Assembly: GCA_964386745.1 (NCBI GenBank)
Contig: CAYLSZ010000003.1
Span: 1 to 56,171, forward strand
Source: an uncultured Staphylococcaceae bacterium
Lineage (GTDB): Bacteria > Bacillota_I > Bacilli_A > RFN20 > CAG-826
Reading direction: 5' to 3'
Length of the DNA stretch: 56,171 nucleotides
Both the position numbers and the translations under genes were made by a program. The notes under the pieces are model-generated. The model worked only from the letters and a program-made list of their open reading frames with translations, was not told the DNA's origin and made no database searches. This document shows positions 54,508-56,171 of this stretch, in pieces. Numbering within the stretch: the stretch's first letter is position 1; each line of letters starts with the position of its first letter.

Positions 54508-56171
54508 ATGAACAATAAAAAGAAATTCAACTGGTTGAGCTTATTGCTCTATATAGTTATATTCGTTGTAATCATCGTTATTATCGTTGCTCTTTTCAAT
54601 AACCTTAATAACCCATACACCGAATTATATACTACCGCAGGTATAAGTCTTGTCACTGACCAAACTGATGATATTTATGTTTATCAATATAGTTCTTCGC
54701 AAGACGGTGACTCGATCACTATCACACTTGTTACTGTCCAAGCTGAAAAAACTACCGATTCGACTACAGGTGAAACTAGCTATACGATTACAAGTGGCAC
54801 TTCTTATGGCTACTATACTTTCGAAATCACTGAACTCGCTGCTCAAAGCGTCACAGGTTACGATGAAGATGGAAACTTAATAGAAGGCACAATCTATTAC
54901 TTCCTTAATCAAGATGTCGCAAAAGTTGGCGGTGTTGGTCAAATCGAAGTCTATACCGAAAGCACATTATTAAGTTGGTTACCAACGATTATTTATGTCG
55001 TAATTGTTATCGTCGTTATAGTCTTCTTCTTTAGAATTTTGATGTCGAGTGCTGGAAGTAATAAGAGTGCTATGGACTTTAATAAATCGCGTGCTCGTCG
55101 AGTCGATGATTCTAAAGTCAAGTTCGCTGATGTTGCAGGATGCGAAGAAGAAAAAGCTGAAATGGCCGAACTTATTGACTATTTGAAAGATCCAAAAAGA
55201 TTTACTAAAAATGGCGCCAAGTTACCAAAAGGTATCTTGCTTGTAGGTCCACCAGGAACTGGTAAAACTTTACTTGCTAAAGCTGTTGCTGGTGAAGCTG
55301 GCGTTCCATTCTATTCGATCTCTGGTAGTGACTTCGTCGAAATGTTCGTTGGTGTCGGTGCTGGACGTGTTAGAGATTTATTCAAAACCGCAAAACAAAA
55401 TGCACCTTGTGTCGTATTTATAGATGAAATCGATGCTGTTGGTCGTCAAAGAGGCGCTGGTATGGGCGGTGGTAACGATGAACGTGAACAAACCCTTAAC
55501 CAATTACTCGTTGAACTCGATGGTTTTGAAGAAAATAGTGGCGTTATCGTTATAGCTGCTACTAATAGAGACGACGTATTAGATCCTGCTTTACTTAGAG
55601 CTGGACGTTTCGATAGACAAATCACCGTTAATCTTCCAGATCTTGCTGGTAGAGAAGCTATCTTTAAAGTCCACGCAAGAAATAAGAGATTCGATTCAGA
55701 TATCGACTTTAGACAACTCGCTCGTAGAACGACTGGATTTAGTGGAGCCGACATTGCTAACGTCTTAAATGAAGCTGCCATTTTAGCGGTTAGAGGAAAA
55801 CGTGATTCGATTTCTATAGCTGATATTGATGAAGCTATCGATAGAAGAATTGCTGGTATTGCTAGAAGTAGCCGCGGAATCAGTGCTAGAGAAAGAAAAC
55901 AAATTGCTTATCACGAAGCTGGTCACGCTATCATTGGTTTAACTCTTGAATATAGTGATAAAGTTAGAAAAATCACGATTATTCCTAGAGGTAGAACAGG
56001 TGGTCACGTCCTTATGGGACCAGATGAAGATAGATTCTTAATGACTAAAAACGAACTTATTGCTCGTATAGTTGGTTATTTAGGCGGACGTAGTAGTGAA
56101 GAAATTTTCTTTAAAGACGTCTCAACCGGAGCAAGTAACGACATTGAAGTCGCTACTCAAATCGCTCGTAG
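54508..56171 (+). CDS. ftsH: ATP-dependent zinc metalloprotease FtsH (3' end outside window)
   Basis: RBS AAGGAGGGG. Two TM helices flank an external domain of about 120 aa. AAA+ [21 protein letters not shown], and HEAGHA zinc site. Not in the track because no stop is reached. Confidence 0.95.
   Translation, partial: MNNKKKFNWLSLLLYIVIFVVIIVIIVALFNNLNNPYTELYTTAGISLVTDQTDDIYVYQYSSSQDGDSITITLVTVQAEKTTDSTTGETSYTITSGTSYGYYTFEITELAAQSVTGYDEDGNLIEGTIYYFLNQDVAKVGGVGQIEVYTESTLLSWLPTIIYVVIVIVVIVFFFRILMSSAGSNKSAMDFNKSRARRVDDSKVKFADVAGCEEEKAEMAELIDYLKDPKRFTKNGAKLPKGILLVGPPGTGKTLLAKAVAGEAGVPFYSISGSDFVEMFVGVGAGRVRDLFKTAKQNAPCVVFIDEIDAVGRQRGAGMGGGNDEREQTLNQLLVELDGFEENSGVIVIAATNRDDVLDPALLRAGRFDRQITVNLPDLAGREAIFKVHARNKRFDSDIDFRQLARRTTGFSGADIANVLNEAAILAVRGKRDSISIADIDEAIDRRIAGIARSSRGISARERKQIAYHEAGHAIIGLTLEYSDKVRKITIIPRGRTGGHVLMGPDEDRFLMTKNELIARIVGYLGGRSSEEIFFKDVSTGASNDIEVATQIAR

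Noticed and set aside
1-56171. Possibility of Mycoplasma-type TGA=Trp recoding, given the Mollicute-like gene content and low GC.
   Set aside because: All long conserved genes are intact under the standard code with TGG Trp. TGA terminates at least one well-defined gene (ABC exporter at 43221), so translation table 11 fits.

Overview
Low-GC (about 30%) chromosomal window centred on a replication origin of the Firmicutes/Mollicutes type. The standard genetic code is in use: TGA acts as a stop (for example at 43221) and Trp is TGG. That excludes Mycoplasma and Spiroplasma and fits an Acholeplasma-, Erysipelotrichia- or Izemoplasma-like organism. The conserved core is dnaA-dnaN-yaaA-recF-gyrB-gyrA-serS-SRP RNA-tadA on the minus strand. 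It diverges from rpmH-rnpA-yidC-jag-mnmE-tatD-rnmV-rsmA-ispE on the plus strand, with DnaA-box clusters on both sides of dnaA. Further right lie ppdK, an FGGY sugar kinase, a TetR-controlled heterodimeric ABC exporter, a DUF368 membrane protein, and pth-mfd-rqcP(yabO)-tilS-ftsH (ftsH runs off the end). Further left lie corA, a MacB-like ABC / P-type ATPase / TetR operon, degV, a CcrM/HinfI-like restriction-modification pair, tldD-pmbA and a GT4 glycosyltransferase. The left edge holds an apparently intact IS3-family element with an A7 -1 frameshift site, a 23-bp x5 tandem array, an AAA+ (DUF4143-like) ATPase and a zinc-ribbon membrane protein. The most unusual signal is a dispersed repeat family of about 50 bp with 18 copies in 56 kb. 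Its consensus is GAAAAAC-N4-GTTTTT-N3-GAAAAACCCTGCAGAWCTCAACTATTTTTT. Copies occur in both orientations in intergenic DNA, across stop codons, and inside conserved housekeeping genes (mnmE, rsmA, mfd, tilS, gyrA) in all three reading frames, apparently without changing protein length. Near-identical direct copies bracket the R-M cassette. I interpret it as a DNA-level signal, either DNA-uptake-sequence-like or an RPE/MITE-like intragenic element, and I do not recognise it as a described family.
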